Of a stretch of 38,805 nucleotides of DNA, positions 10,251 through 19,263 are shown piece after piece. Origin of the DNA: a virus; UHGV virus genome UHGV-0123934; one strand, written 5' to 3'. The notes below the pieces were generated by a model. The model made no database searches. It was not told the origin of the DNA and worked only from the letters and a program-made list of their open reading frames with translations. How positions within the stretch are numbered: the first letter of the stretch is position 1; the number at the start of each line of letters is the position of its first letter. A program made the position numbers and the translations under genes.

Positions 10251-10311
10251 TAGGGACAATATCCATTTAATATTCTTTCCACTTCATTAAGTTTGCCGCA
10301 AAGCAAGTTTG

Positions 10312-11529
10312 ATGAAGTGGTTCCCATTTTTGCATAGAGGCGAGCGGCGCGATATTTCATCGGCCGAGTTCGAGGCTGCGGTGAATAAAGTCATTACCGC
10401 CGACACGGTCGCCGATGCCACGCGCCAGCCGTATATCACTGAGGAGGGCGCACTGAACCTTACAGCGGTTTGGGCTTGCGTGCGAATCCTCTCCGAGACG
10501 GTCGGAACGCTCCCTTTGCACCTCTATCGCCGTACTGCTCGCGGTCGAGAGCGACAGTACGACCATCTTTGCCACCGACTCGTGCAGGCTCCCAACTCCT
10601 ATTCCACACGTTTCGACCTGATGCACCATCTGATGGTCTCATGCGCTCTGTGGGGCAACGGCTATGTCCGCATTTTTCGGGACAAACGCTATCGTCCCGT
10701 TCGGCTGAAGTTCATCCATCCTGCCCGTATCGAGCCGCTCCTTACCGACAACGACGAACTCTTCTACCGATCGGACACGGGCGAACTGCTCCCGAACGAA
10801 GACGTCATCCACTTGCGCGGACTCTCGACCAATGGCTATAAGGGCAAAAGTCCGATCGCCGTCCATCGCGACAACCTCGCACTCTCCGTCTCTGCGCAAC
10901 TCTACGGTAAACGCTTCTTCGATCAGGGCGGCAATATGTCGGGCGTCTTCAAATATCCCTCGACGCTCAAGCCCGAAGCCTACCAGCGGCTCAAGAAAGA
11001 CCTCATCGCCCAATCGGTCGGTTTGCACAACGCTCACGTCCCGCTGCTGTTGGAGGGCGGTATGACCTACGAACGCATCTCCATTCCTCCTGAAGATGCG
11101 CAGTTCATCGCTACGCGCAAGTTCCAAAAGACCGAGATCGCCACCATCTACGGCATTCCGCCGCATATGATCGCCGATTTGGAACGTGCCACGAACAACA
11201 ACATCGAGCATCAGGGAATGGAGTTCGTGCAGTATTGCCTGATGCCGTACCTCGTCCGCATCGAGGAGGAGTTCAACCGCAAATTGCTACGCGAGGAGGA
11301 GTTCGGGGAGTATTACTTCCTCTTCGGTCTGAACGGACTGCTGCGCGGCGATGCCAAGACCCGCTCGGAATACTACAAGAATATGAATATCGTCGGCGCG
11401 ATGTCTGCCAACGAGATCCGCTCCCTCGAAGATATGAACTCCTACGATGGCGGCGACGAATACTTCGTACAAATGAACATGCAGCCGGTAACGACTGCCG
11501 TAAAACCTGAAACGAATGGAACCGAATAA
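10312..11529 (+). CDS. phage portal protein (HK97 family)
   Basis: About 405-aa protein between terminase and prohead protease with portal-like core (GNGYVRIF, SPIAVHRDNLALSV, IYGIPPHMI); ATG at 10312 follows the TTG used by the ORF track. Confidence 0.85.
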   Translation: MKWFPFLHRGERRDISSAEFEAAVNKVITADTVADATRQPYITEEGALNLTAVWACVRILSETVGTLPLHLYRRTARGRERQYDHLCHRLVQAPNSYSTRFDLMHHLMVSCALWGNGYVRIFRDKRYRPVRLKFIHPARIEPLLTDNDELFYRSDTGELLPNEDVIHLRGLSTNGYKGKSPIAVHRDNLALSVSAQLYGKRFFDQGGNMSGVFKYPSTLKPEAYQRLKKDLIAQSVGLHNAHVPLLLEGGMTYERISIPPEDAQFIATRKFQKTEIATIYGIPPHMIADLERATNNNIEHQGMEFVQYCLMPYLVRIEEEFNRKLLREEEFGEYYFLFGLNGLLRGDAKTRSEYYKNMNIVGAMSANEIRSLEDMNSYDGGDEYFVQMNMQPVTTAVKPETNGTE

Positions 11530-12157
11530 TGAAATAGAGATCCGGAGCCTTATCGGCGATCTGCATATCGAGAGCCGCGAGGAGGGAATCGTCAGTCGGA
11601 CGATCGTCGGCTATGCCGCGAAATTCGAGAGTTGGAGCGCCCCTATTATGGGGTGGTTCCGGGAGAAGATCGCGCGGGGCGCATTCGACGGGTGCGACCT
11701 GTCGGACGTCATCATGTGTTTCAACCATAACACCGATTCGATCCTCGCCCGCACGACAAGCGGGACGCTGCGATTGGAGGTGGACGACGTCGGTCTGCGC
11801 TTCGCGTTCGAGGCTCCGAATACGACTTCGGGGAGCGATATGCTGGAGTTGGTACGCCGGGGCGACGTCTCGAAATGTTCGTTTCGCTTCGGCGTCGAGC
11901 AGGACGAGTGGCAGTATGCCGACGAGCAGAACGGTCTCGCGATGGACGAGCGGACGATACTCCGGTTCTCGCGTGTGGTAGATGTGTCGCTCGTGGTATT
12001 TCCTGCCTATCCCGAAACCGAAGCCTCGGTGCGGTATCTCGAAGAGCGGAAAGCCGAGTGGTTATCATCAAATAAAACGGAAGCATCGAATCATTCTTAT
12101 AAAATAAAATCTCGAAACCGTTTGTGTGATTTTCTTAAAGTTGCAAATAGGCACTAA
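11516..12157 (+). CDS. HK97-family prohead protease; C-terminal about 30 codons AT-rich, possibly altered by the adjacent island
   Basis: VGYAAKFES, REKIARGAF, CFNHN, KCSFRFG motifs; start overlaps portal stop. Confidence 0.8.
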   Translation: MEPNNEIEIRSLIGDLHIESREEGIVSRTIVGYAAKFESWSAPIMGWFREKIARGAFDGCDLSDVIMCFNHNTDSILARTTSGTLRLEVDDVGLRFAFEAPNTTSGSDMLELVRRGDVSKCSFRFGVEQDEWQYADEQNGLAMDERTILRFSRVVDVSLVVFPAYPETEASVRYLEERKAEWLSSNKTEASNHSYKIKSRNRLCDFLKVANRH

Positions 12158-12176
12158 CCGAAATTTCCATATCTTT

Positions 12177-12206
12177 GTAACAGCCGATGATTTCATCGGC
12201 TGTTAC
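12177..12206 (+). other. perfect 14-bp inverted repeat gtaacagccgatga-tt-tcatcggctgttac (terminator or operator)
   Basis: Read directly from the sequence; lies between the prohead protease stop and the first R-M island gene. Confidence 0.5.
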
Positions 12207-12236
12207 TTGTTATACAAATTAAGTAAATAAAGCATA

Positions 12237-12815
12237 ATGAAACTACGAATTCCAAACTCGGAAGTTCAAGAACTTCTAACCGACAAGTCTTTTGAGTATC
12301 CTAAATACGCGACTCAAATTATGAACTTGGCGAATCAAAATGCACAAGGTACTCGTCCGAATATTGTAGGTCAAATGAGCGACCTGATTCAAGAATTCGG
12401 AGCGGGATCGATGATTGAATGGGATGCTTGGTATAAGAACGGTCACCCGGAAGCGATTAAGACTGCAACCGAACGAGTATATCGGATGATTGAATTATTT
12501 AAAGAGAGTATTCAGACCATCGATAAGGATATGGTCCGAAAATGGATCGAAGAGCTTGTTGTTGTCAAAACTTATTGCGGATTAAAATTCCAAGAGGCCA
12601 TTCTCCGTAAAATTGCAGAAGAAAAGCAGTCGGACTACAGATTGGCGACCCCAGAAGAAGAAGCACAAGGTATAGATGGATTCATTGGAAATTCCCCGGT
12701 TAGTATCAAGCCGATCACGTATCGGATTATGAATGAACTACCGGAGCACATCGATGTGCCGATTATTTACTATGACAAGAAGAAATCAGAAATAGTGGTT
12801 GAATATAATTTTTGA
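12237..12815 (+). CDS. putative type II restriction endonuclease (or REase subunit)
   Basis: 192-aa AT-rich ORF convergent with the DNA methyltransferase in the same island; call rests on gene context only. Confidence 0.35.
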   Translation: MKLRIPNSEVQELLTDKSFEYPKYATQIMNLANQNAQGTRPNIVGQMSDLIQEFGAGSMIEWDAWYKNGHPEAIKTATERVYRMIELFKESIQTIDKDMVRKWIEELVVVKTYCGLKFQEAILRKIAEEKQSDYRLATPEEEAQGIDGFIGNSPVSIKPITYRIMNELPEHIDVPIIYYDKKKSEIVVEYNF

Positions 12816-12819
12816 TATT

Positions 12820-13440
12820 ATGCCATATACTGGAGGACCATTGAATACATTAAATGGGAAAATGGGTATTTCTGCTCCGGAGAATAGTGTACCTGTTATG
12901 AAATTAATTCGCATACATCATCCTAAAAGTAAAGAGGAATTAGTCGAATTAATAAAATGGCATTCTGAAAACAAGTGTGAATGCGGTATTATTAGTAGAG
13001 GAACGGTTGAACAATTTGGGAAAAATTTATATGAAGCTCAAAAAGCATTTTGGGGAGAATATAAATTTTCATTAGCAATATGCATCCAATGGGAATATGA
13101 TTTATTTGTTTTACAATCATTAAAAGGTTCTTTGGTTGAAGATGCTGCTATTAGGACTTTAGAGACCCAATTAGAGCCTGAATATGCTTTTTTAGAAGCA
13201 ACCGGTTATATGGATGAAGAATTGCGAATTGATATTATTTGCAAATATAACAATAGCATTATTGCCGGCATTCAGGTCAAACCTTTAACATTTTTAATGA
13301 TGAGACGAGAAATTATTACTTATAATGCTATGGCTAATCAAAAATGGGATAAACCTGTATATTATTTATATTATGACGAAAATGAAAATTTCGTAAATAT
13401 TGAAGAAGTAAAGTCTCATTTAAAATCATCGATTCTTTAA
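12820..13440 (+). CDS. hypothetical protein, R-M island (possible second REase subunit or specificity factor)
   Basis: ATG at 12820, 5 nt after the upstream stop; AT-rich; stop overlaps the MTase stop (convergent). Confidence 0.35.
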   Translation: MPYTGGPLNTLNGKMGISAPENSVPVMKLIRIHHPKSKEELVELIKWHSENKCECGIISRGTVEQFGKNLYEAQKAFWGEYKFSLAICIQWEYDLFVLQSLKGSLVEDAAIRTLETQLEPEYAFLEATGYMDEELRIDIICKYNNSIIAGIQVKPLTFLMMRREIITYNAMANQKWDKPVYYLYYDENENFVNIEEVKSHLKSSIL

Positions 13441-14582
13441 AATGTTAATGCAATCTGCGTTCGGGAAGGAATAGAAATAATACGCTTTCTATTCCCTACT
13501 TTTATTTCAGCAGTGACCGGAATAGTGTCCGCATATTCAGCAGTAATCATGTGATTGTTCCCTCTTATTGCAGATAAATAGACGAACCGCATATCTGTTT
13601 CTTGTGAAGTCATGACCGGCATCTGGAGATGCTCGTTGAAATGTTTGATCTCTTTATTTTGCGTTCGTTGCGAAACGAATTCTTTATGTGCTGCTATTCG
13701 ATTAGCAATAACTTCGTTCATTTGGTCAACCGATGATGAATGAATATTATCGGCTATAATATCTATAAACTTATCATCAATTTCATAACCAATACTATTG
13801 CGATTGCTCATGATAGATGCAATCGTAGTTGTACCGGTTCCTAAAAAAGGATCCATTACCGTATCTCCTTGCAACGAATACATATTGATTAGACGGTATG
13901 GAACTTCCAATGGATAGGCTGCACTCCTGTCTCGACTTTCTGCTGATATTTTTTGTTTGGTACCTTTTATATTGTCCCACAAATCGGAAAACCACACATT
14001 GCGTTCCTCCCAAAAGAACGAACTCTCACGGCGTTTCTGTTTGTCTATTGCAGATTTGAATTCGCGTTTACCTCCTTTGCGAAAAATCAAAATCCATTCG
14101 TGTTCCAATGTTACATATGCTCCTGCAGGAAGCATTCCGGACCCCATAAATTTATTTGGAGCATTCGTTTGCTTCCTCCAAATAATGTTTGGAAGATTTA
14201 CATACCCGTGAGCGGTGAAATAGTTAATTATACGGGAATGATTGGAGTATAAAGCAAAATTGCCATTGAATGTTCGCGTCGCATCACCGACATTGATACA
14301 GACGATTCCACCCGGGACAAGGACACGTGTCACCTCATCCCATACTTTATCCAGCTCTTGATGCATTAATTCAAAAGCCGCATCCGGCTGGTTTTCATCA
14401 AGGGCATTTGCAATACAAGGATTTTGTTTGCTTAATATCTCATCCCACATTTGAATCATGGGATATGGCGGAGATGTAACGACTAACTCGACCGAGTTGT
14501 CATTAATTTCTTTCATCTGTTGGGCAGCCCCAGTATATATGCTATGCGTTGTCTTCATAATTTCAAAGCAAAGATAATTCAT
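13437..14582 (-). CDS. DNA methyltransferase, beta-class amino-MTase (N4-cytosine or N6-adenine)
   Basis: Motif IV TSPPY near the N-terminus and motif I DPFLGTGTT further C-terminal (IV before I = beta class). Confidence 0.85.
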   Translation of the reverse strand: MNYLCFEIMKTTHSIYTGAAQQMKEINDNSVELVVTSPPYPMIQMWDEILSKQNPCIANALDENQPDAAFELMHQELDKVWDEVTRVLVPGGIVCINVGDATRTFNGNFALYSNHSRIINYFTAHGYVNLPNIIWRKQTNAPNKFMGSGMLPAGAYVTLEHEWILIFRKGGKREFKSAIDKQKRRESSFFWEERNVWFSDLWDNIKGTKQKISAESRDRSAAYPLEVPYRLINMYSLQGDTVMDPFLGTGTTTIASIMSNRNSIGYEIDDKFIDIIADNIHSSSVDQMNEVIANRIAAHKEFVSQRTQNKEIKHFNEHLQMPVMTSQETDMRFVYLSAIRGNNHMITAEYADTIPVTAEIKVGNRKRIISIPSRTQIALTF

Positions 14583-14694
14583 TTCCTCCTATAATCCTCC
14601 ATTATTCAACTTTATTCTAAAATTGCGACAAAGTTTCCTTTTAGAGGCTGTTCGGTGGATTAAGTTTGCTCCCGAAGAATCAATAACGAGATTT

Positions 14695-15894
14695 ATGAGC
14701 AAACTGAAAACCCTTAAAGAGAGCCGTGCTGCCGTGTTCGCAAAGATCGACGAGTTGCGTACCGCGACCGACGGTCGCGAGATGACCTCCGAGGAGCAGG
14801 AGAGGTGGAACACGCTGCTTGCGGAGTACGAGCAGGCCGACCGAGCTGTCGAAGCCGAGGAGCGCTACGTCGATATCGAGCGCCGGCAAGCCGAGCAGCA
14901 GTATGTTCGACAGACTTCCGGCGAGCAGCCCGACGAACGTCGTGCCGAGGAGTACCGCACCGCTTTCCGCGACTACCTGCTGCGCGGCGCAGCGGATATT
15001 TCGCCCGAGCACCGGACACTCTTCGAGCAGCGCGCCGGCATCACGGGTTTGTCGGGCGGCGTGATCGTCCCTTCGTCGCTGGCCGACAGCATCGAGGTTG
15101 CGCTGAAAGCCTACGGCGGGATGTTCGAGGCGGGTTCCATTCTCACCACGAGTAAGGGCGGCGACCTGATTATGCCGACGGTAAACGATACCGATGCGAG
15201 GGCTACGGTCGTTGCCGAATACCAGCAGTCGACCAAGTCCGCACCGTCGTTCGGCTCCGAAACGCTCAAAGCCTATACCTACCGCACGCCCATCGTTCCC
15301 GTGTCGTTGGAGCTGTTGCAGGACTCGGCATTCGACCTCGAATCGCTGCTCTCGGGTCTGCTGGCCGAGTCGTTCGGACGGGGCATCAACTACGACCTTA
15401 CGCGCGGCGACGGCAAGGGCAAACCCAAGGGCATCGTCGAGTGGGCGCACGCCTGTGCTACTAACCCCTCTGCTGCAGGCATCTCGCTCGATGCTCTGAT
15501 CGAGCTCGTCAAGGGCGTGGATTCCTCCTATGCCCGACACGGGCGGTTCATGTTCAACCGCAATACGCTCTACTCGCTCGTCAAGATCAAGGATACGACG
15601 GGACGCTACATCTGGCAGGAGGGTGCGAAGGACGGCACGCCGCCGACCTTGTTCGGCAAGGCGTATATCCTGAACGACGACCTCGACGATGCCGCAGCGG
15701 GCAAGACTTCGGTGTTGTTCGGCGACTTCTCGAAGTTCAAGATCCGTATGGTCCGATCGTTCCGCGTGATCCGCCTGAACGAGCTGCTCGCCGAGTACCT
15801 TTCGATCGGGCTGTTCGGCTTCGCCCGCACGGACGGCATCCTGTTGGACGCCGGTACGCACCCCGTCCATAAGTTGGTGCATAAATCGGCGTAG
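14695..15894 (+). CDS. phage major capsid protein (HK97 family) with N-terminal coiled-coil delta domain
   Basis: ATG 14695 inside ORF 14623..15894; charged coiled-coil N-terminus then capsid-like core; position after prohead protease. Confidence 0.85.
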   Translation: MSKLKTLKESRAAVFAKIDELRTATDGREMTSEEQERWNTLLAEYEQADRAVEAEERYVDIERRQAEQQYVRQTSGEQPDERRAEEYRTAFRDYLLRGAADISPEHRTLFEQRAGITGLSGGVIVPSSLADSIEVALKAYGGMFEAGSILTTSKGGDLIMPTVNDTDARATVVAEYQQSTKSAPSFGSETLKAYTYRTPIVPVSLELLQDSAFDLESLLSGLLAESFGRGINYDLTRGDGKGKPKGIVEWAHACATNPSAAGISLDALIELVKGVDSSYARHGRFMFNRNTLYSLVKIKDTTGRYIWQEGAKDGTPPTLFGKAYILNDDLDDAAAGKTSVLFGDFSKFKIRMVRSFRVIRLNELLAEYLSIGLFGFARTDGILLDAGTHPVHKLVHKSA

Positions 15895-15897
15895 GGT

Positions 15898-16434
15898 ATG
15901 ACGGTAATCGAGATGCGGGAGCCGCCGATCGCGTTGGAACTCGCCAAGCAGCACCTGCGGGTAGGCAGCGCCACCCATGACGATACTTTGATCGCTGCGA
16001 AACTCGACATGGCCGTTGCCGTGGCGGAGGATATGACAGGACGGACCATTCGGGAGAAGAGGGTACGGTTCGACGTATCGATCCCCTCCGACGCTCCCAT
16101 CGTCCGCCTGCCCGTCCCTACGACGCGCATCGAGCGGCTCTCCGTCTCTCGAACCATCGTTCCCGAATCCGACTACACGCTTTTGGAAGACGACTACGAC
16201 CCGATGCTGATTGCTGAGCCGCAGTACGGCGGACAGACTGCGACGGTTACGGCCGTCGTCGGCTACGATCGCGATAATATACCTCCGGCAATCAAGGCGG
16301 CTATTCTCTTGATCTTGGGTACGCTCTACGACAACGAATCGGACAATCTGGTCGGCCGCTCCGTCTCGGAGCTGTCGCTCACGGCCGAAAAACTCCTGCT
16401 TCCGTGGCGGGTAACTCCTTACGGCGATGTTTGA
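15898..16434 (+). CDS. head-tail connector (gp6-like DNA packaging) protein
   Basis: Start ELAKQHLRV...TGRTI typical of gp6-like connectors; directly after the capsid gene. Confidence 0.7.
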   Translation: MTVIEMREPPIALELAKQHLRVGSATHDDTLIAAKLDMAVAVAEDMTGRTIREKRVRFDVSIPSDAPIVRLPVPTTRIERLSVSRTIVPESDYTLLEDDYDPMLIAEPQYGGQTATVTAVVGYDRDNIPPAIKAAILLILGTLYDNESDNLVGRSVSELSLTAEKLLLPWRVTPYGDV

Positions 16435-16744
16435 CACGCGCATCGAAATCCTCGACTACACCGAGGAGCGGGATGAGTACAACGACCTCACGAAATCGCT
16501 CCGGCGCGTCGCCGTCTGCTACGCCCAGCGTACCGAGAACGGCGGTCGGGAAAACCTCTACGCCGGACGCATCGTCCACGAGAACGAAACGGTCTATACG
16601 ATCCGTTGGCAATCCGACCTGCGCCCCGATATGGTCGTTCGCGACGAGGGGTATCTGCGGAAGATAACTTCGATCCACGAGGAGGGACGCCGCTGGCGCC
16701 TGCACCTCAAATGCCGGAAGAGCGATGCTGACGATCGAGGTTGA
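16427..16744 (+). CDS. phage head closure / head-tail adaptor protein
   Basis: 105-aa protein overlapping the connector stop; size and position typical of SPP1 gp16-like head closure proteins. Confidence 0.65.
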   Translation: MFDTRIEILDYTEERDEYNDLTKSLRRVAVCYAQRTENGGRENLYAGRIVHENETVYTIRWQSDLRPDMVVRDEGYLRKITSIHEEGRRWRLHLKCRKSDADDRG

Positions 16745-17249
16745 AGGTTATGCCGAAGCCAAACGGATTCTGGACGAGCTGCCGAACACGATGCAGAAAC
16801 GGATGCTGCTTGCAGCTCTGCGCGCCTCGGCCAAACCGATGTTGCAATCGGCACGGAGCAAAGTTCCCGTCCGCACGGGCAAACTGAAGAAGCAGTTGCG
16901 CACGGTTCGCTACAAGGACCGCAACGCTTCGAAGTCGGAGGTGGCCATCGCCGTGAAGCCGGTCTTCGAACGCACGAAGAAGAAAGGCACCGTGAACGAA
17001 TACTACGGCAAGTTCATCCACGAGGGGACTGCCGATCCTCGCACTTCGAAAAAGGGCAGGCTGCTGGTCTTCGACGATGTGCAGGGTAAAAAGGTCTTCG
17101 TCCATAGCGTAAAGGGCATCCGGCCGACGCCTTATTTGGAGCAGGCTTATACGGAGAACTCCGAGCGTACGGTCGCACTTTTCGGCGACGAGTTGGCTGC
17201 TGCGGTCGAGAAGTTCGTGAATAAAAACTTCAAACCGGTATCGAAATGA
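16725..17249 (+). CDS. HK97 gp10-like phage protein
   Basis: PVRTGKLKKQL motif, size and synteny. Confidence 0.6.
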   Translation: MLTIEVEGYAEAKRILDELPNTMQKRMLLAALRASAKPMLQSARSKVPVRTGKLKKQLRTVRYKDRNASKSEVAIAVKPVFERTKKKGTVNEYYGKFIHEGTADPRTSKKGRLLVFDDVQGKKVFVHSVKGIRPTPYLEQAYTENSERTVALFGDELAAAVEKFVNKNFKPVSK

Positions 17250-17602
17250 TGGATTTCAAGAAACATCTGATCGCGCTTTTGGAGCGTGAGATTCCAGAAT
17301 TGGCGGATAAGATTCAAGCCGGTGCGGTCGATGCCCGGACGCCTGCGCCTTTCGCCGCGTTCTCCGTACCGGAAGAGACGCCCGTAAGGACGCTACACGG
17401 CATCGTCGGCTATCGGACGATGTTCGAGGTAGCGGTCTATGACAGCAGGTTCTCCGGTGCGGAACGCCTCAAGCATCGGGTGATCGCCGCCTTGGAGGGT
17501 GCGGAGTTCGACGGCAAGCGCAGCCGCTTCGTCTCCTCGGCGGCGGAATACTATGCAGACTACGACGTGCACGGTGCGACGATGACATTCAGAATTGTTT
17601 AA
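17246..17602 (+). CDS. putative tail completion/terminator protein
   Basis: 118-aa ORF overlapping upstream stop (ATGA), last gene of the head-tail joining block; no motif. Confidence 0.4.
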   Translation: MMDFKKHLIALLEREIPELADKIQAGAVDARTPAPFAAFSVPEETPVRTLHGIVGYRTMFEVAVYDSRFSGAERLKHRVIAALEGAEFDGKRSRFVSSAAEYYADYDVHGATMTFRIV

Positions 17603-18242
17603 CCCAATCCGTAAAATCGAGTTTTATGAGTTGCCAGATTTTATTTTCAAGACAAACAGGGTCGGGATCACCATCCGCTCTCGTAAAATCGGTCAATCCC
17701 GCAAGGCATTCTTCGCGCGATGCTCCGTAGGGATATCGTGCTGCGTATAAAGCGAGCAGCTGCTCGATAGAATAGGCATTATGAAGAAGATGCAAATCCC
17801 AAAAGTCCTTTTTACGGCCGCCGCGGGCGATAACATCCATCTTCATCGCAACGATGTCGTCTACGGACGCCATACGGATCGTATCGTGCTGCTCTGCCGG
17901 GCGGATGAAGTCATCCGTATAGAACAGGTCGAGTTTTACGGACTTTTCCCGGTTCTGTCCGATGATATATGAGGCCCCGAAGCCGACGATTTCTCCGCAA
18001 TCACCCTGACAATAAGGAAACTCTTTGCGCAGAATATCCTGCAATTTATGGAAATCCAAAGATCTATACTCGGCATCGGTAAATAGATCTATATCGTCGG
18101 ACATACGATGTCCATAGCGCAAACTGAGCGAGGTGCCGCCGACAAGGCGGAACGGGGCGAATGCTTCGAGAGTCATCAGATGTTCGAGTGACGACCGCAG
18201 AATGGGTTTGACAGTATGGTATTGCAACGCTTTATGCTTCAT
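17589..18242 (-). CDS. nucleotidyltransferase, AbiEii/AbiGii toxin-like (DUF1814-like)
   Basis: N-terminal FRLVGGTSLSLRYGHRMSDDIDLF (GGT...S.DIDL polymerase-beta-like NTase signature); start overlaps upstream partner. Confidence 0.75.
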   Translation of the reverse strand: MKHKALQYHTVKPILRSSLEHLMTLEAFAPFRLVGGTSLSLRYGHRMSDDIDLFTDAEYRSLDFHKLQDILRKEFPYCQGDCGEIVGFGASYIIGQNREKSVKLDLFYTDDFIRPAEQHDTIRMASVDDIVAMKMDVIARGGRKKDFWDLHLLHNAYSIEQLLALYAARYPYGASREECLAGLTDFTRADGDPDPVCLENKIWQLIKLDFTDWVKQF

Positions 18243-18753
18243 AATCGAGATATTGCTTCAGGTTCTTTTTGATAACCGATGAGAATGGAGATGACGGCGA
18301 TAATCCGATCTTGCTTAAAATGGTTTCTCGACCATAAAAACGGATGGTTTCGATGATCTCTTCTTCATTGCCTCGCTCCATTACGCGATTGATAACGTAA
18401 CTGCTATGGGCATCCCAATTGATATTGTCGAACGATGTGTCCCAAAACAGGGAAGGTCGGTATTTTTCGAGATCCGGATGGTGAGCGGACGAAAGTTTTC
18501 GCTTCTCCTGCACAATGTCGTAGTGAACCTGCAGGGTCATGAGTATGCCTTCCTCTAATGCGAGCGCATGTTCGATTCGCAACGACAGCGGAATATTCAT
18601 CGACCTGCGGCCGCGAATAATGGCGCTTATGGTTTGGGGGTGCTCACCGATAGATTTAGCGAACCGACCGCTTTTCAGGTTTCGATTATTCAGCTCGCGT
18701 TGTAAGAAGAGTCCCGGATGTACTCCTTTCAGTATGTCGATTAAATTGTTCAT
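18232..18753 (-). CDS. HigA-like HTH antitoxin/regulator with C-terminal extension
   Basis: VHPGLFLQREL ... ISAIIRGRRSMNIPLSLRIEHALALEEGILMTLQVHYDI resembles the HigA/VapI antidote HTH; 11-nt overlap with the NTase gene; ATG at 18753 (track start 18762 is TTG). Confidence 0.6.
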   Translation of the reverse strand: MNNLIDILKGVHPGLFLQRELNNRNLKSGRFAKSIGEHPQTISAIIRGRRSMNIPLSLRIEHALALEEGILMTLQVHYDIVQEKRKLSSAHHPDLEKYRPSLFWDTSFDNINWDAHSSYVINRVMERGNEEEIIETIRFYGRETILSKIGLSPSSPFSSVIKKNLKQYLDYEA

Positions 18754-18817
18754 ACAACGCAAAAGTAAACATATTTGTTTATTTTAACAAATTTTATGCC
18801 GAAATATTTTTACGCTT

Positions 18818-19258
18818 ATGCCTGAAACTTACGGAAACAAACAGGTCGTCCAAGGCGAGGACATCATCCTCTTGGTGGACGATAAGACGACGCTCCACGC
18901 CACGACGCACACGCTGAAGGTGGATTTGGAGATGAAAGAACTGCGCACGAAAGATACTGACGGCAAAGAGAAGTGGCCGGGCGATGTTTCGTGGTCGGTG
19001 GACGGCGACGGACTGGTGGTCATCGACGATTCGATCGAGAACAGCCATACCGCCGAGGAAGTCCTCGACTTGGTGCTTCAAAAGAAACTCGTCGAGGTGG
19101 TCGTCAAATCGCCGCTCACGGGACTCGCGAAGATGTACACGGGCAAAGCCTACATCACGACATTCTCGCTCTCGACGCCTGCGGGCGATAACGCTTCTTA
19201 CAGTTATTCGCTTACCGGCAGCGGCAACCTGACACCTGTAGACAAACCTAAATCCTGA
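18818..19258 (+). CDS. phage major tail protein (TP901-1/phi13-like)
   Basis: C-terminal YTGKAYITTFSLSTPAGDNASYSYSLTGSGNL typical of siphovirus major tail proteins. Confidence 0.8.
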   Translation: MPETYGNKQVVQGEDIILLVDDKTTLHATTHTLKVDLEMKELRTKDTDGKEKWPGDVSWSVDGDGLVVIDDSIENSHTAEEVLDLVLQKKLVEVVVKSPLTGLAKMYTGKAYITTFSLSTPAGDNASYSYSLTGSGNLTPVDKPKS

Positions 19259-19263
19259 CCGCA

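Noticed and set aside
14680-16443. 587-aa minus-strand ORF antisense to the major capsid and connector genes
   Set aside because: Arg/Gly/Asp-rich low-complexity translation typical of an off-frame read through GC-rich coding DNA; the plus-strand genes carry clear phage motifs
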